Assembly (NCBI GenBank): GCA_965112155.1 | Contig: OZ218098.1 | Reading direction: 5' to 3' (one strand) | Source: Podarcis liolepis | Taxonomy: Eukaryota | Length of the DNA: 64,000 bases | Part shown: positions 52,358 through 64,000 of the stretch, piece by piece | Layout of the letters: the number at the start of each line of letters is the position of its first letter | Position numbering within the stretch: the stretch's first letter is position 1 | Notes under the pieces: generated by a model | Seen by the model: only the letters and a program-made list of their open reading frames with translations | Told to the model about the DNA's origin: nothing | Database searches by the model: none | Translations under genes and position numbers: made by a program

Positions 52358-53251
52358 GTAAGGAGGGAATTGTTTTCATTTTATATGAACTATTTGGCAA
52401 ACAACAATATGCCAGCAGGCCACTGTTAGTCCCAGTGGCTACAAGGAAGCTGCTGGGCTTGTGTGTGGTCAGAAGAGTTGAAGACCAAAACATTTCCCTC
52501 GCAGAATTTTGCTGCACCACAGATTGCCCAAGAGCTGCTGTACATGGAAACTGCAAATAAATGAGAGCAAAGACATTAGCAAGGAGTTGATTACTTTTTG
52601 AATAATAATAGTTTCAGCATCCTTGATACAAGTGTGCTAATACAAAGACATTTCTCCTTTAGAATTTCTTGCAAAAAAAGCAGATTTCCTGAGCCACTTC
52701 TGCCAAACTATTTATAAGTTTCATTATTTTGTCATTTACTGGTGGCAGAGGTGGCATTTTTGGAGATTACATCAATCTCGGTGAATTAAGATTCTGAGTA
52801 TCATTTCTGAATAACTTGTGAGATGAGCAGTGCATTCCTATGCAAGTATACATAGACGTAATCCCTATTGAGTTCAAGGGGACATCTTTCCAAGTAACTG
52901 CATAGGACTGCAGCTGGATGCCTGATAGAAACGTTATCTGTCCAGCATGGGAACAAAATCCAGATAAATCAAATCTCAGGCTAATCTGTGGACATATGAA
53001 AACAGGAACCTTGAGGCATAGACACAATTACATGGTTGCTCCTCATGCTAGCTTCACCTGGCAGGTGGTGCTAGCCATTTTCAGGTTGACATGGGACCAG
53101 AGGTATACATTTGCCACAAAGGTAAAGTCTGAATTTTGCAATGGCATTTTGCTCCTTCTAGTCATACTTGCATACTACATTACTTAGTGCCACAGAGGAT
53201 CCCTTTCCTACTCTCCTTTCTTCCCTTTCTCCTTCTTTCCTTTTGATACAG

Positions 53252-53293
53252 AAGTAACTGGGTTGATGCTGGAATACTACGGTATTTTTGAAG
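53252..53293 (+). CDS. TNS1: Candidate tensin-1 micro-exon (42 nt, phase 1-1): EVTGLMLEYYGIFE
   Basis: About 45-nt nearly pure pyrimidine tract, gatacag acceptor and donor AAG/gtatga. Length divisible by 3, open in the TNS1 frame. Confidence 0.62.
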
Positions 53294-54850
53294 GTATGAG
53301 CTACAGGTGTATGTCACATCCTTGTAGGCAGCCTTTTTAGGCAGCATTTTGTTGCATCACAAGCAAATTAGTGATCTCATTTCCTTTTTGCCTAATCCCT
53401 ACTTGTAGCAACAGTAACTGCTAGCAACAACACTCTATTGCTGCAAAGTGAGAACTAAACTATTCATGAAACTGAGTCCCTGAGATTTTAAGCACTATAT
53501 GAAGCTGTAAATTCTGCAGTCTCAGCAGTAAACATATGTAAGGTGTGGGGGGGAGAGTGGTTTTTTTTAACCCTTTGATCTCTGATAGTTATATGTTGAA
53601 AATTTTACCCACCAGCTTTCCAAAAGTCATGAGTAAACTGGAAATGGTTAAACTGAAAGGCCCCCTTCTTTAATATGAGTCTTCTGCAGCCCCATTTTGT
53701 AGAAATAAATTAAAACAGGAATGCAAGCACTGTACCACAACTCAACTTTGTGTGCCGTTTGCCCCTAAAGTAGGACTGGAGAATATGTAACCCCCAGATG
53801 TTGTTGGACTCCAACTCCCACAATCCCTGACCCACTGGCCACACTGACTGGGGTTGATGGGAGCTGGAGTCCAGCAACATCTGGATGTTCCTCATCTCTA
53901 CCCCAGATAATTGTTTCCTGTTACCCCAATAAGCATTTAGGCACTGCTCCATAACTGTTCAGAGGTCCTGCATTCCCAGTACTTCCCAAAATATGTGCTA
54001 CTACTGACCTTTAGGGAGTGAAAATAAGCAGAAAGCCAAGGAGAGAGTTCACAAGTTTAAAATGCTGCTTGGGACAGAACCCAGCTGGTATGAACCATAG
54101 CCTTTTGGAGGGCTGCTACATGTTTAGATATATCAAACAAACCCAACTGGAATCCAAAACATTATCTGAACAGGATGTACAGCTTTTTCTAGGTAGAATA
54201 GAGATGAAACTTGAGCAAGATGTTTATCGGGACTACCAGTCCTTGCTGGTCAGGCAATATTCACTTTGCACTGCTGGTCAGTGCACGCTCATCCCCATCC
54301 CCACCCCTACTAGTCTCTGTAATATCATCTCACCTTTGGAATTGTTTGTTATGTGTAGTTTTGCGCAGTTCAGATTGCGTTTGGGAGGGCTGCTGTCACT
54401 TCCCCAGTACACTCTTCTTGTTAGTCTAATCTGTTAGTCTAAAAGCACACAGCCTAAGATCACACTTTTCAGTTTATGCATTAAATCAGTTTCAGATTTT
54501 TTTTTTTTAAATACCCTCTACTTATATCGAGGCAATTATTATTTTAATATACAGTTTATTGAAGATTTTGTTTTCCCCCACAAACAAGGAATGCATCATA
54601 CAAACAAGGAATGCATCCCTTGATAAAACCAACCTGTGCTTTGAGAACTGCTGCAATGGTGGTGGGTGATGGTGGGGGCACTCTGCTCATGGTGCTACCA
54701 GTTGATGAGATCTTTGGTGCAGCTATCATTTCTTGGTAATGGCTCCCATACATTAAATAATGTATGTTAAGTCTGCATAGAGTCCTCATGTTCCTTAATC
54801 TACCACTGCTTCTTTTGGCTCTTAGACTCTTGTAACATAGTGTTAGCAAG

Positions 54851-54852
<2 letters not shown>

Positions 54853-54887
<35 letters not shown>
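54853..54887. repeat. (GT)n microsatellite
   Basis: About 17 perfect units. Confidence 0.98.
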
Positions 54888-54888
<1 letters not shown>

Positions 54889-56305
54889 ATCTGGAAATAT
54901 GGGCTATAGGAGATTGTAACTTGTGACGTCAAAATGGTTGTTTCATGTCCCCCAGCCTCATAGGAGTGTCTCTTGAGACTCTCCCTGTTTATTTCCTACA
55001 GCAGAACGAAATGTTTGCTTGCTTCACATAAATACAGAGAGGATATTTTTAGATTTTGTTTGATATGGCACAGGACTTGGAACTTTACCAAGTGATTCTT
55101 GCATGTCATCCAATAGTTCCATTTTCTCCTAGGTTTAGCATTTACAAATGGTTTGTTAATGCTAATTTTTCAATATCACTCAGATAATTTTCACACAGCT
55201 GGGCTTGAGAATTTAGCATATGCATAGGCTTTTATGAAGTGTGAGCAAGACTATAGCAACAGAGGGGGATGCATTATACAGCAGAAGGAAAAAATATTCA
55301 CAAAGGGAGACAATATCTTAAACTAAAGGCAGCCCACCCTTTATTCTTATATATGTGGAAGAAGACAAATACATGAGATACAACAACTTTACAGTCCTTT
55401 ATCCCTGAACTTCATGGTTTGGGGGGGGGGGGAGAGATTCCCACAATTTAACAGAAATTCTTGGCTTTTTCGGGGAGCTTCCCATTAGCCTCTTGCAAGT
55501 TAACTTGTGGATACAGAGCCATGCCATTTTTAGTTAGGGAGGAGTGCATGAAATGTGTTATCTATAACAGATGAAATCACTTTAAGTAGCATAACAGCCT
55601 ATTATGTGTTTTGCAAGTCTTTTGAGGCTGTAGTTCAGCCCAGTACCAAGACAGCCAAATGTCCATGGCCTCTCTTGGTTGGGTCAAGATTGTTGTTCTG
55701 GGCTTTTGCCTTGTGGAATGTTCAGTATGAAGAGGGCAGACCAGCCTTCTTTATCATCATTCCATTCCGTTCCTTCCTGCCTTGGTGGGCTTGGTTAACT
55801 GGCAAACACTGCTTTGAACACAACAGATAGGGCTTGGCCACCGGATTTTTCTGGCCAGTTTAGAAATCCAACTTCCATCTTCATAAAACCTGGTCCATGT
55901 TTATCTGTTTTCCAGATTAGAAGGGTTAAAAGTAATCTCAAAGTCCTGTTTACATACGTTTTACTCCACCAATTACAAGGCTCAGAAGAAGATTGCCTAA
56001 TTAACTACCTTGTATACTTTGCCCAACTGTGGAGCGGCTGCAACTTTGTTCCTAGTTTCCCCTCTGGTGTATCTTGGGGCATCTTTCATGCATTAAGGTG
56101 TTTGACAGCCTGTTGGAAGGAAAGTGAATGTTTTGACAGTAAGGGGTAGAATCAGCATTTCTATTTCCTGAGGCTACATGGATTTGAAAGTGAGTAAGTG
56201 GTGATAATATGGCCTTTTAAACTGGGGGTGGGTGTATTGTTTACTATTATCGTATATAGTTTGTGTTTTTATGTTGTAAACCTTCCTGTGATCCTCTTAT
56301 GAAGG

Positions 56306-56365
<60 letters not shown>
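56306..56365. repeat. (AAT)n microsatellite, probably the tail of an L2-like element
   Basis: About 20 perfect units. Confidence 0.97.
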
Positions 56366-57538
56366 GGATCCTTTTTATTACACATTCATAATGATCTGTG
56401 CTCCTGATGCTGTTGTTGGGGGCAGTCATACACAATCATGCTTTCAACTTGTTAAAACCCGCCCTGGGATCTGCTGGTGAAAGTCAGTTAATAATACTAT
56501 TTGCACCTGCAAAATTTTGGAGTGATCGCACAGTTTCATTTCCAGTCAGTGCACATCTTGCAACTTGCTGCTGAAATCTCTTAACATTTTATGCCACAAA
56601 TGTTCTGGTTTGTTTTTGTGCCTCTTTTGTTGCACTATAGCTCCTCCAGACAGTAATAATGTGTTGACATTGGGGAAGTATTGCAGAAGAAAATAAAGCA
56701 GAATAAAGCCACCAACATATTGCAGAATGCACCTACAATGAAACACCAATATGGAGGGGCCCTCTCACCAGTTTTAGCCTCACACAAGAAGAGAGGAATG
56801 ATGTTACTAAAGGATATGGAACTCAGTTGTTGTGTAAGGAAGCTGATGGAACCCAGTGTTCAGTATGGTTTACATCTAGGAAGGTGGTGGTAGATGAGGA
56901 AGGAGAAAAGCTGAATTTGCAGTGCAAGAGTCTGTCAGAGATTATTGATATTTACTTAAGACCAAGTGCATGCAGTGACATACTTCTGCATGCAGTACAT
57001 CCTGACCGGCTATCGTGTGCAGTATTGTAATGACATGGAAGATGTGCCCACAGGTCAGCCACAGCAACTCTACATGTCAGTGATTTTGGAGGTTCTGCAC
57101 TTTTATCAAGCCTCTATACTAACACAGATCCCTGCAGTTCTATCTCAGCATGGTTCAGGTCATCTGTTACATTCTCTCAACAATAGCATTGTGCACGGGG
57201 GGCTTGGCCATGTGAATCCAGCCCTTGCATGGAGAGATCATGAACAGAAGGCCCCAATGGCCCTTCTATTCTCTGGTTTTCAGGAGGGGGAGAAATTACT
57301 CTGATTTGCTCTAGGGACCAAGATGGTGATTAACTTTGATTTTAGTAATTTGGACTGCTACTAGCATGATGTATGTGTTTTATGAGCTTAGTTGTAACCT
57401 GCTTTGAGTTTTATCTTACAATACAAAACAATGTATACATATTCAAAATAAATTATGCTAATTGGAAATATTGGTTGTAAAAGCCCCACACCTTGAGGCA
57501 CCTCAGTCATCATCTTCTCTCTTTCCACCTCATTTCAG

Positions 57539-57734
57539 AGCCCCGGAGCTATGTGGAATCTGTGGCCCGTACAGCAACAAGTGGTGGCAGCGGCAGTTCT
57601 GTTGGGAAGCCCCAGGCACCCCTGGCTCCGCAGGCCTATAACACTGAGACACCAGTGAGGAATGGATCTTTCCCCAACTCCTTTGTTTCACCAAGCCCTG
57701 TCGCTGCCAGCAGTCCAATGCACAGCATGGATGG
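57539..57734 (+). CDS. TNS1: Tensin-1 coding exon (196 nt, phase 1-2): EPRSYVESVARTA...SSPMHSMDG
   Basis: Acceptor catttcag/ and donor TGG/gtaagg. Carries the EPRSYVESVARTA motif. Confidence 0.96.
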
Positions 57735-59159
57735 GTAAGGAAAGACAGCTGTAGTTTGCCATTCTCAACAGGCTGATGATGGCAGATGCTGCTGAACTAT
57801 GCAGGACTTCACTGTGACAGCTAGCAATAGGACTGCAGCCCTTTTGCTTACATATATAGACTCTTTGATGCATGATCTTGGGAGGCTGCTTTCCCCAAAT
57901 AGAAGACACAGGGCCATTCCAGCTCATACTTTTGGTGTCAACTGATCAGGAAAGCATTTGTGCTGCAGGGAGATTTCATGTTCAGTCATTATAGGTTCTT
58001 CTGCCCTTTCTTGTATCACTCATGGATTTGAGCAGGGATGGGCAATCTTTTTTCCAACTGAGGGCCAGATTACCTCAAGAGTGATCTGTTGAGGGCCACA
58101 TGCTAGTGGCCAGAGTTTATTATGGGCCCAGAGACAAAAGTATTCTGTAATTAAGAAACTCCCCCACTTCAGTTTTCTCCACCATAGGGGAGAGGCACTT
58201 TATGATGGTTCTTCCACTTCCTTAAGTCACATCACTGGACTTATCACATGGTTGTTCACCGTGATAATTGCTTCTTGCAACCTCAGGCAGAAGAGAGCCA
58301 GGCTGGGAGGAGATAAGAGGCTATGATCATTGTTGGCAAAATACAAGAAGCCTGAATGTATGAAAGTGCCTTTAAAAGGCCCCCAGATGGTTATCCATTA
58401 GGAAATGTGCCTCTTGGCTTGGAAAAGGTTTCCCACCCCCCAGTGTAGATATACAACTTTGTACACTTATGTGTGGATGGTAAGATGTTTCTGTACGCAT
58501 AGGTGAGATGTTTATCTTAATAGTCATTTGTCGACCTGGTATATAAGTGAACTTGGAAGAATTTATTGTGGATGGAATAAAGAAAGCTAAGATAAATAGA
58601 GTATGACACCAGTTTTTCTTGTGGGGTGGACGGGCAATTCCTTTTAGGAAGGTGATCACAGAAGAGGTGCCCATTGGTATACTAATAAAATTTTCAGAAA
58701 TGCAACCGAATTTCAAATTCTTATCACATCAGGAAAAGCCACTGTATTGAGTCAGATCATTGGTTCTTGCTGCTCATCACTGTCTGGACTGACTGGCTCA
58801 AAGCACAGAGGTATTTTCCAATCCTACTTGGAGGTGCTGGGAATTGAACCAGGAACCTTCTGCATTGAAAACATGAGCTCTATTGCTGACCTGTAGGCTC
58901 TCAAAATAGTTTTATTTATTTTATCAGGTTGCAGGCCAGACTTTCATGTTTTCTACTATGCTAGGTGCTCTTGTTTATGACAGTTCATGCCACAATAAAC
59001 CAATGCGCACAGAATATGTATGTTACCTTACTCTCTTTGCAGTCATTTTTCCTCAGGGGAAAAAAAAAACATTTCCTTTTACTGTATTCTCTGCAAATGT
59101 TATGCATTGAATGATCTAGCTTACAAAGGACAAGTTTGCCATGGACTGCACTAAACAGT

Positions 59160-59320
59160 GTCATCACTCATTGGTAGAGCAACTACTTTGCCTGCAGAAG
59201 GTCTCAGGTTCAGTCCCCAGCATTTCCAGGTAGGGCTGGAAATACCTCTTGTCTGAAATCCTGGAGTTCTGAGCTAGATGAGCCAATAGTCTGTCTTGGC
59301 ATAAACAGCTTCCTCTATTT
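59160..59320 (+). mobile_element. tRNA-derived SINE remnant; related minus-strand heads near 4375-4465, 15690-15820, 34240-34310 and 58740-58890
   Basis: tggtagagca...tgcagaaggtctcaggttcagtccccagcat is a tRNA-like head followed by a non-tRNA body. Confidence 0.6.
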
Positions 59321-59882
59321 CTATTATTAAATACAGTGCTGTTGTTTTCTTAGTAGGATTGTGGACAGAGGTTGCAAGTACTGGCTTTTTTGGGAGGAGG
59401 TGGAACAGCATGCTGACATACACATATTAACATTTGTCCATACAGAAAGGTCACATTCTCAGCTTCCTGTGAAATATTTTCCCCTCCGGAATGTTTTGCA
59501 TGCATAGAATCACATAATGGATTGCAAACTGTGAACTTACAAGATGAAGCAAAAATGACAGCCTATTCGGAAATGACCCAAGTCCACTCAAAGTTTGTTT
59601 CAAGAATGTGAACATTCTTTTGAGCAAATAAATGCAGTCATTTATCTGAGTGGACATCAAAGTCTGAATATGGCAGCTGGTTTGTTTAAGGTCACTGTGA
59701 CTTATAGCTTCATAAAGAGATCATGGGGCATTAGGAGAATCAAGAATTTGGGATAAGATGTTTGAACAAGGTGGGTTCTTCTTGTGCTTGAGTCTTAAGA
59801 GTCCTGTTACCTCCAGCTCTATATCATGTCTTACAGGAATGGGTTAATAACGGATTCTGCTCTCTCCCATTGCTTCCCCCAG

Positions 59883-60760
59883 GTTCTCTATAGGTAGCTA
59901 CCCATCAGAGAACAATGCCAGCATAGCCATTTCATCCCAGCCATCAGCTGAGTCCAGCTTCCAATCCACCAACCTTTCTCAGGGGCCATCGGCGAACAGC
60001 AGCTACCAAAACACCTCTACATCAACTCAGGGCCTTCCAGCCTATATGAGTGCCGACTTCCCTGATGGCCGAGCCAGCACTCAACAAGATAGCCACCCAA
60101 GGCCTCAACCCCAAGCCAATGCAGTTGGGGTCCATGTCATGCCTGGAAGCCCCCACTCCCTCCACAGAACAGTAGCCACCAACACTCCCCCTAGCCCAGG
60201 ATTTGGGCGAAGAGCTGTCAACGCTAACATGGGAGCCATTCCAGGAAGCCCGAGCATGAGCAGGCACGTAATGGCTCCGTACGGCAACCTCGCTGCATCG
60301 CCTGGGAGTCCAAGCCTGACTCGGCAGCAGCCCATAATGGGAGGCAGCACATCCATGGTCTCTGGAAGTCCCAATTTAGATCGGCATATCATATATGGAT
60401 ACTCAGCTCCAGAGGAGAAGCGCCCAACGCTGTCCCGCCAAAGCAGTGCCTCAGGTTATCAGGCTCCCTCTACCCCATCTTTTCCTGTCTCCCCGGCCTA
60501 CTACCATGGAGTCAGTAGCCCACATTCCTCGTCCCCTGACTCAGCAGTGTACCGGCAGGGAAGCCCCACCCCAACCCAACCACTGCTCCCTGAAAAGAGA
60601 AGGATGTCATCAGGGGATCGGTCAAACAGCCTGCCTAACTACGCCACAGTGAATGGCAAGACCTCTTCACCCATCTCCAGTGGCATGTCCAGTCCCAGCA
60701 GTGGCAGTGGCATGGCCTTCCATCATACTCTGCCTGATTTCTCCAAGTTCTCAATGCCAG
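59883..60760 (+). CDS. TNS1: Tensin-1 coding exon (878 nt, phase 2-1): FSIGSYPS...PGSP repeats...[12 protein letters not shown]
   Basis: Acceptor cttcccccag/ and donor CAG/gtaaaa. Contains [51 protein letters not shown] and [11 protein letters not shown]. Confidence 0.96.
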
Positions 60761-61378
60761 GTAAAATCTCAGTTCTTGCTGCTTCTCACTTGAGTAGTGG
60801 GCATCATGGGAATTGGGGAGAGGGCATTTCTGGGTCTTTAGTCTTCCTATTTTACCCTGCTAATCAGTACTTGATAGATGAGAATCTGATCATCATCAAG
60901 GATTGTCCTGAAATGATCAGCATCCTGTAAGTGTTTTGCAGTGTGTCATGTAGGCACCACTACCCTGGAGTGCAAGGCTCTCCTCATTTTTTTGCTTGTG
61001 ATACTCCATATTTGGCATCATTTGGTTGAACACAAGTATTGTTCTACATTGAGCATGGTATCAGATATGGAAGCACCTCTTCAGTTCTAACACTTCTTGG
61101 AGCTTTAACTATTGTTTAGGAGGCCATCACTTTATCACAGAATGATAGAACCTCAAAAAAATAAAATTGAAAGAGACCATCAAGAGTTATGACATGAGCT
61201 TGAGAAGGTGCTTTACAGGGTGGGATTCTCATTATTTTCCTTATTAGTAACCACAAAAGTACTATGGGGCATTACTGCAGATTAATCTGTTTGGAATAAA
61301 ATTGTCTTATCTTGATGAGACCCCATAAAATTTTCTTTCCTTGAGTTCTCCCCTTTTCATTCCTTCTTTGTCTCTTAG

Positions 61379-61465
61379 ACAGCAGCCCTGAGACCAGAGC
61401 TAACGTGAAGTTTGTTCAGGATACCTCCAAGTACTGGTACAAACCAGAGATCTCCAGGGAGCAAG
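61379..61465 (+). CDS. TNS1: Tensin-1 exon at the start of the SH2 domain (87 nt, phase 1-1): [29 protein letters not shown]
   Basis: Long pyrimidine tract, tctcttag acceptor and donor AAG/gtgggt. [20 protein letters not shown] is the tensin SH2 N-terminus. Confidence 0.97.
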
Positions 61466-64000
61466 GTGGGTCTCTGCCCTAGCAGAACAGAGTGGCTCAG
61501 CAGACAACACTTGGCAGTCTTACACTCAAGCATTCGAGTGACTTGGGGCTCGTCCACACTCTGCTTGTCCCATGCCTAGAAAGCGCAGATCTGAGAGGTT
61601 TTCTGCTTGTCCTGTGCTTTCTATGCACAGGTCTGAGAAGTTTTCCATTTGCTCTGCTTTCCCCAGGAAAACTCACTCTTTACTGCTGAATTGGAACAAA
61701 TGTCAATCAGTGGAAAACCCAATTGCTGTTTGCTCCGATTCTGTGATAAAGAGCAGGTCTTCCCCAGGGAAAAGCAGCCAACTACAAGCTGAAGTGTGGA
61801 CGAGCCATTGCTTTGGTCCTTGGCATTCAAAGAAATTGCAAAATCTGCAAGGACAAATCAAACACTTCCAGAACATTTTTCCTCCTCCAGGGGCCTCCAT
61901 TATGATAGAACTTAAAGTACGTCCTCTTGGACTCCTATTCCTAACCACAGTGGTTCTGCACTAGCCATGGGTAGTTAACACTGGCCATTTTACAGCACAT
62001 CTGCACCTAGTATGATAACATTCCCATTGCCACTTGGCAAAATGATACAAATGACCAGACTATCTCAAGATGAGAGAGCTTGCCACAGGAATAGTTAGGC
62101 TGTTTGTATATGGAATCATTGTCATTGGTGGCAGGAGAAACTTGGATACAGATTCCAGATTTGGTCTGTTTCAAGCTCCTAGACTGTGGTGGATGGTACA
62201 GTTATCATGTGCCAATGTAACCAAGTATTCCTCTTGCCTTCAACCTGTTAGAACACACATTCTCTTTATAGATGCTTTTTAAGATGTATATTTGAAAAAA
62301 AATAGTAGCTTGACTTGCCTCACTGCCCCTCAGAAACCTTTACAACTTTAGTCTAAACAGTCCTGGTCCCTTCAACCATTCCCTCATAGAACTGGTATTC
62401 CAAAAACCTAGCCTTCTTTGTTTCTCTCCTCTGAACCCTAGCCAGTTTGACAGTATTAAAAATAAAGTGCAATTAAGTAGCTTAATCCTTTGAAGGCTAT
62501 ATCCTTTCACCCGTACATCACTGCTTTGATTCACTCAGTGGCCAGTTGTGTCTGATGGCTATTTTAAGTGGTGATGGGCATTTCCAAAGCTATTAGATGC
62601 TACCTGTTCCTATACTCAGCAATGGAAAGTTTAGTTGTGCTCCTTTCCCTCCCCTAAATTAAATCCAAACAGTGAAAAACTTCTCTAATCTCAAGGGGAG
62701 TAGGAGTTGACTCTGAGACTTTTATAAGACCCTTTCTAGCCTAAAAGTGGAGTGGGTCTTTCTTTCTAACCTAACCTTTATCCTAAGGCAGGGTATCCTG
62801 TATCCCCAGCAGATGCTTGCCCAAATGTTTCTCACAATTTTCTCGGTAATATCCACTCCACAAGAACACACTCCTTGTTTAAACAATTGTAGTAATGGCA
62901 AGCTGGATAGGAAGATAGTGAACATGTCCCAACCTGGGGCCCTGAATGGCTGCTTTTGCTTCAAAATAAGAGGGGCCAGCTTAAGCCCATTTTATAAAAA
63001 GTTGTGAGTAATGTGAGGGGTAGTTTGATCCTTAGAGGCTGGGCTCTGTGTGTTTCATCTGCTTTGCCACATTACAGCTTCAAATTTTTCACAGATCACA
63101 TTTGTGCTAGAAATCCAGCGAATGACAACTGAAGAGTGATCAGTGCAGACTGACATTGCTTAGAAGTCTCTAACTGCTGGTTCTATAAGGGAGCAGCTAG
63201 ATGTGATATCAAACAAATGCTTGCCACTGAAAACAGTGCCCCTCTTTCACCAAAATGTTTACATATAGTTTGATGTCATCATACTCGGTTATATCAGCTG
63301 CTAGTTCTACTCAAAGTAGACCCACTGAAATTAATGCACATGACTAGGGACTATTAATGCAGTGGTCTACTTTGAGTAAAACTTAGTTGGATACAAACCA
63401 CTGTGCATTCCCCTGCTCTTTCCCATTAGCAGCTGATGATATAGAGCATGGATGAGGGTAAACACAACGCAATGAAGCCACCCCACATATTTCAGTAATC
63501 TGAGCACAGGATTGGGGGCTTTTTGGCAATGAACCTGTACTTGGCATTGTAACATTTAGGCCTAAGTGGATTTTAACCTTGGCCGCTGGCTGTGGGAAGA
63601 GAAATGCAAAGTGATCTGTAGAAAGATCCAGCAGTAATGTGAAATTGGAGCAAGACATTTCCCCACTTAGAGTGCCTTGAAATGTAGAGCCTTCTGGTGC
63701 TTGTGCTATCCCTTCAGCTTCAGAAGTGTACGGTTTCTTGCCCAGCACAGATTAACAATTCATCCTCACCTCTGTGCAATTTCTCACCTCCTAAAATAGA
63801 TGGTTCAGGTCCACTATTGACACGTGTAATAGGGGAGTCTGCCACAGACGTGACAAGTGCACACTTTGGATCCCTCTGTTGACATGTGGAGTTGCATGTA
63901 CTACAGAGTCACAGGGACTGAAAAAAGAGAGGCACCCACTGACAGAGAGTTAATGACTTCAATAGTACTGTGCAGTAGTGAATGTACATTTTTAAGAAGA

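Noticed and set aside
59160-59235. tRNA-like sequences here and in other SINE heads
   Set aside because: Degenerate, no complete cloverleaf, and continuous with SINE bodies.
1-64000. Remaining short ORFs; any CRISPR-, operon- or prokaryote-like system
   Set aside because: This is intron-rich vertebrate DNA. The short ORFs lack homology and splice support, and no regularly spaced repeat array is present.

Overview
Vertebrate genomic DNA from a squamate, probably a lacertid lizard (Sauria SINE plus (CTT)n-tailed Squam3-type SINEs). The whole window lies inside the tensin-1 gene (TNS1) on the + strand. It starts in the long intron after the PTP/C2-domain exons (not in the window) and ends just after the first SH2-domain exon. 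Seven exons splice in frame with GT-AG boundaries: 24713-26449, 40131-40330, 41244-41319, 49209-49301, 57539-57734, 59883-60760 and 61379-61465. They encode the disordered middle region and the start of the SH2 domain. I also see a layer of frame-preserving alternative splicing that the ORF track misses: cassette or micro-exons at 9143-9214, 31220-31306, 52322-52357 and 53252-53293, and an alternative 5' splice site that adds 63 nt (41320-41382). That second donor sits in the loop of a predicted exon-intron hairpin whose intronic arm could instead fold as a G-quadruplex, which is the most unusual element found. Candidate internal promoters and a Kozak ATG suggest N-terminally truncated isoforms. 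Introns are rich in transposons: SINEs, hAT and Tc1/pogo MITEs, a young L1 with an 18-bp TSD, a fold-back Penelope-like insertion with a 12-bp TSD, and CR1/L2 remnants. Most ORF-track entries are spurious. No prokaryotic-type system, rRNA or true tRNA gene was seen. Comparisons with other species are from memory, not from searches.
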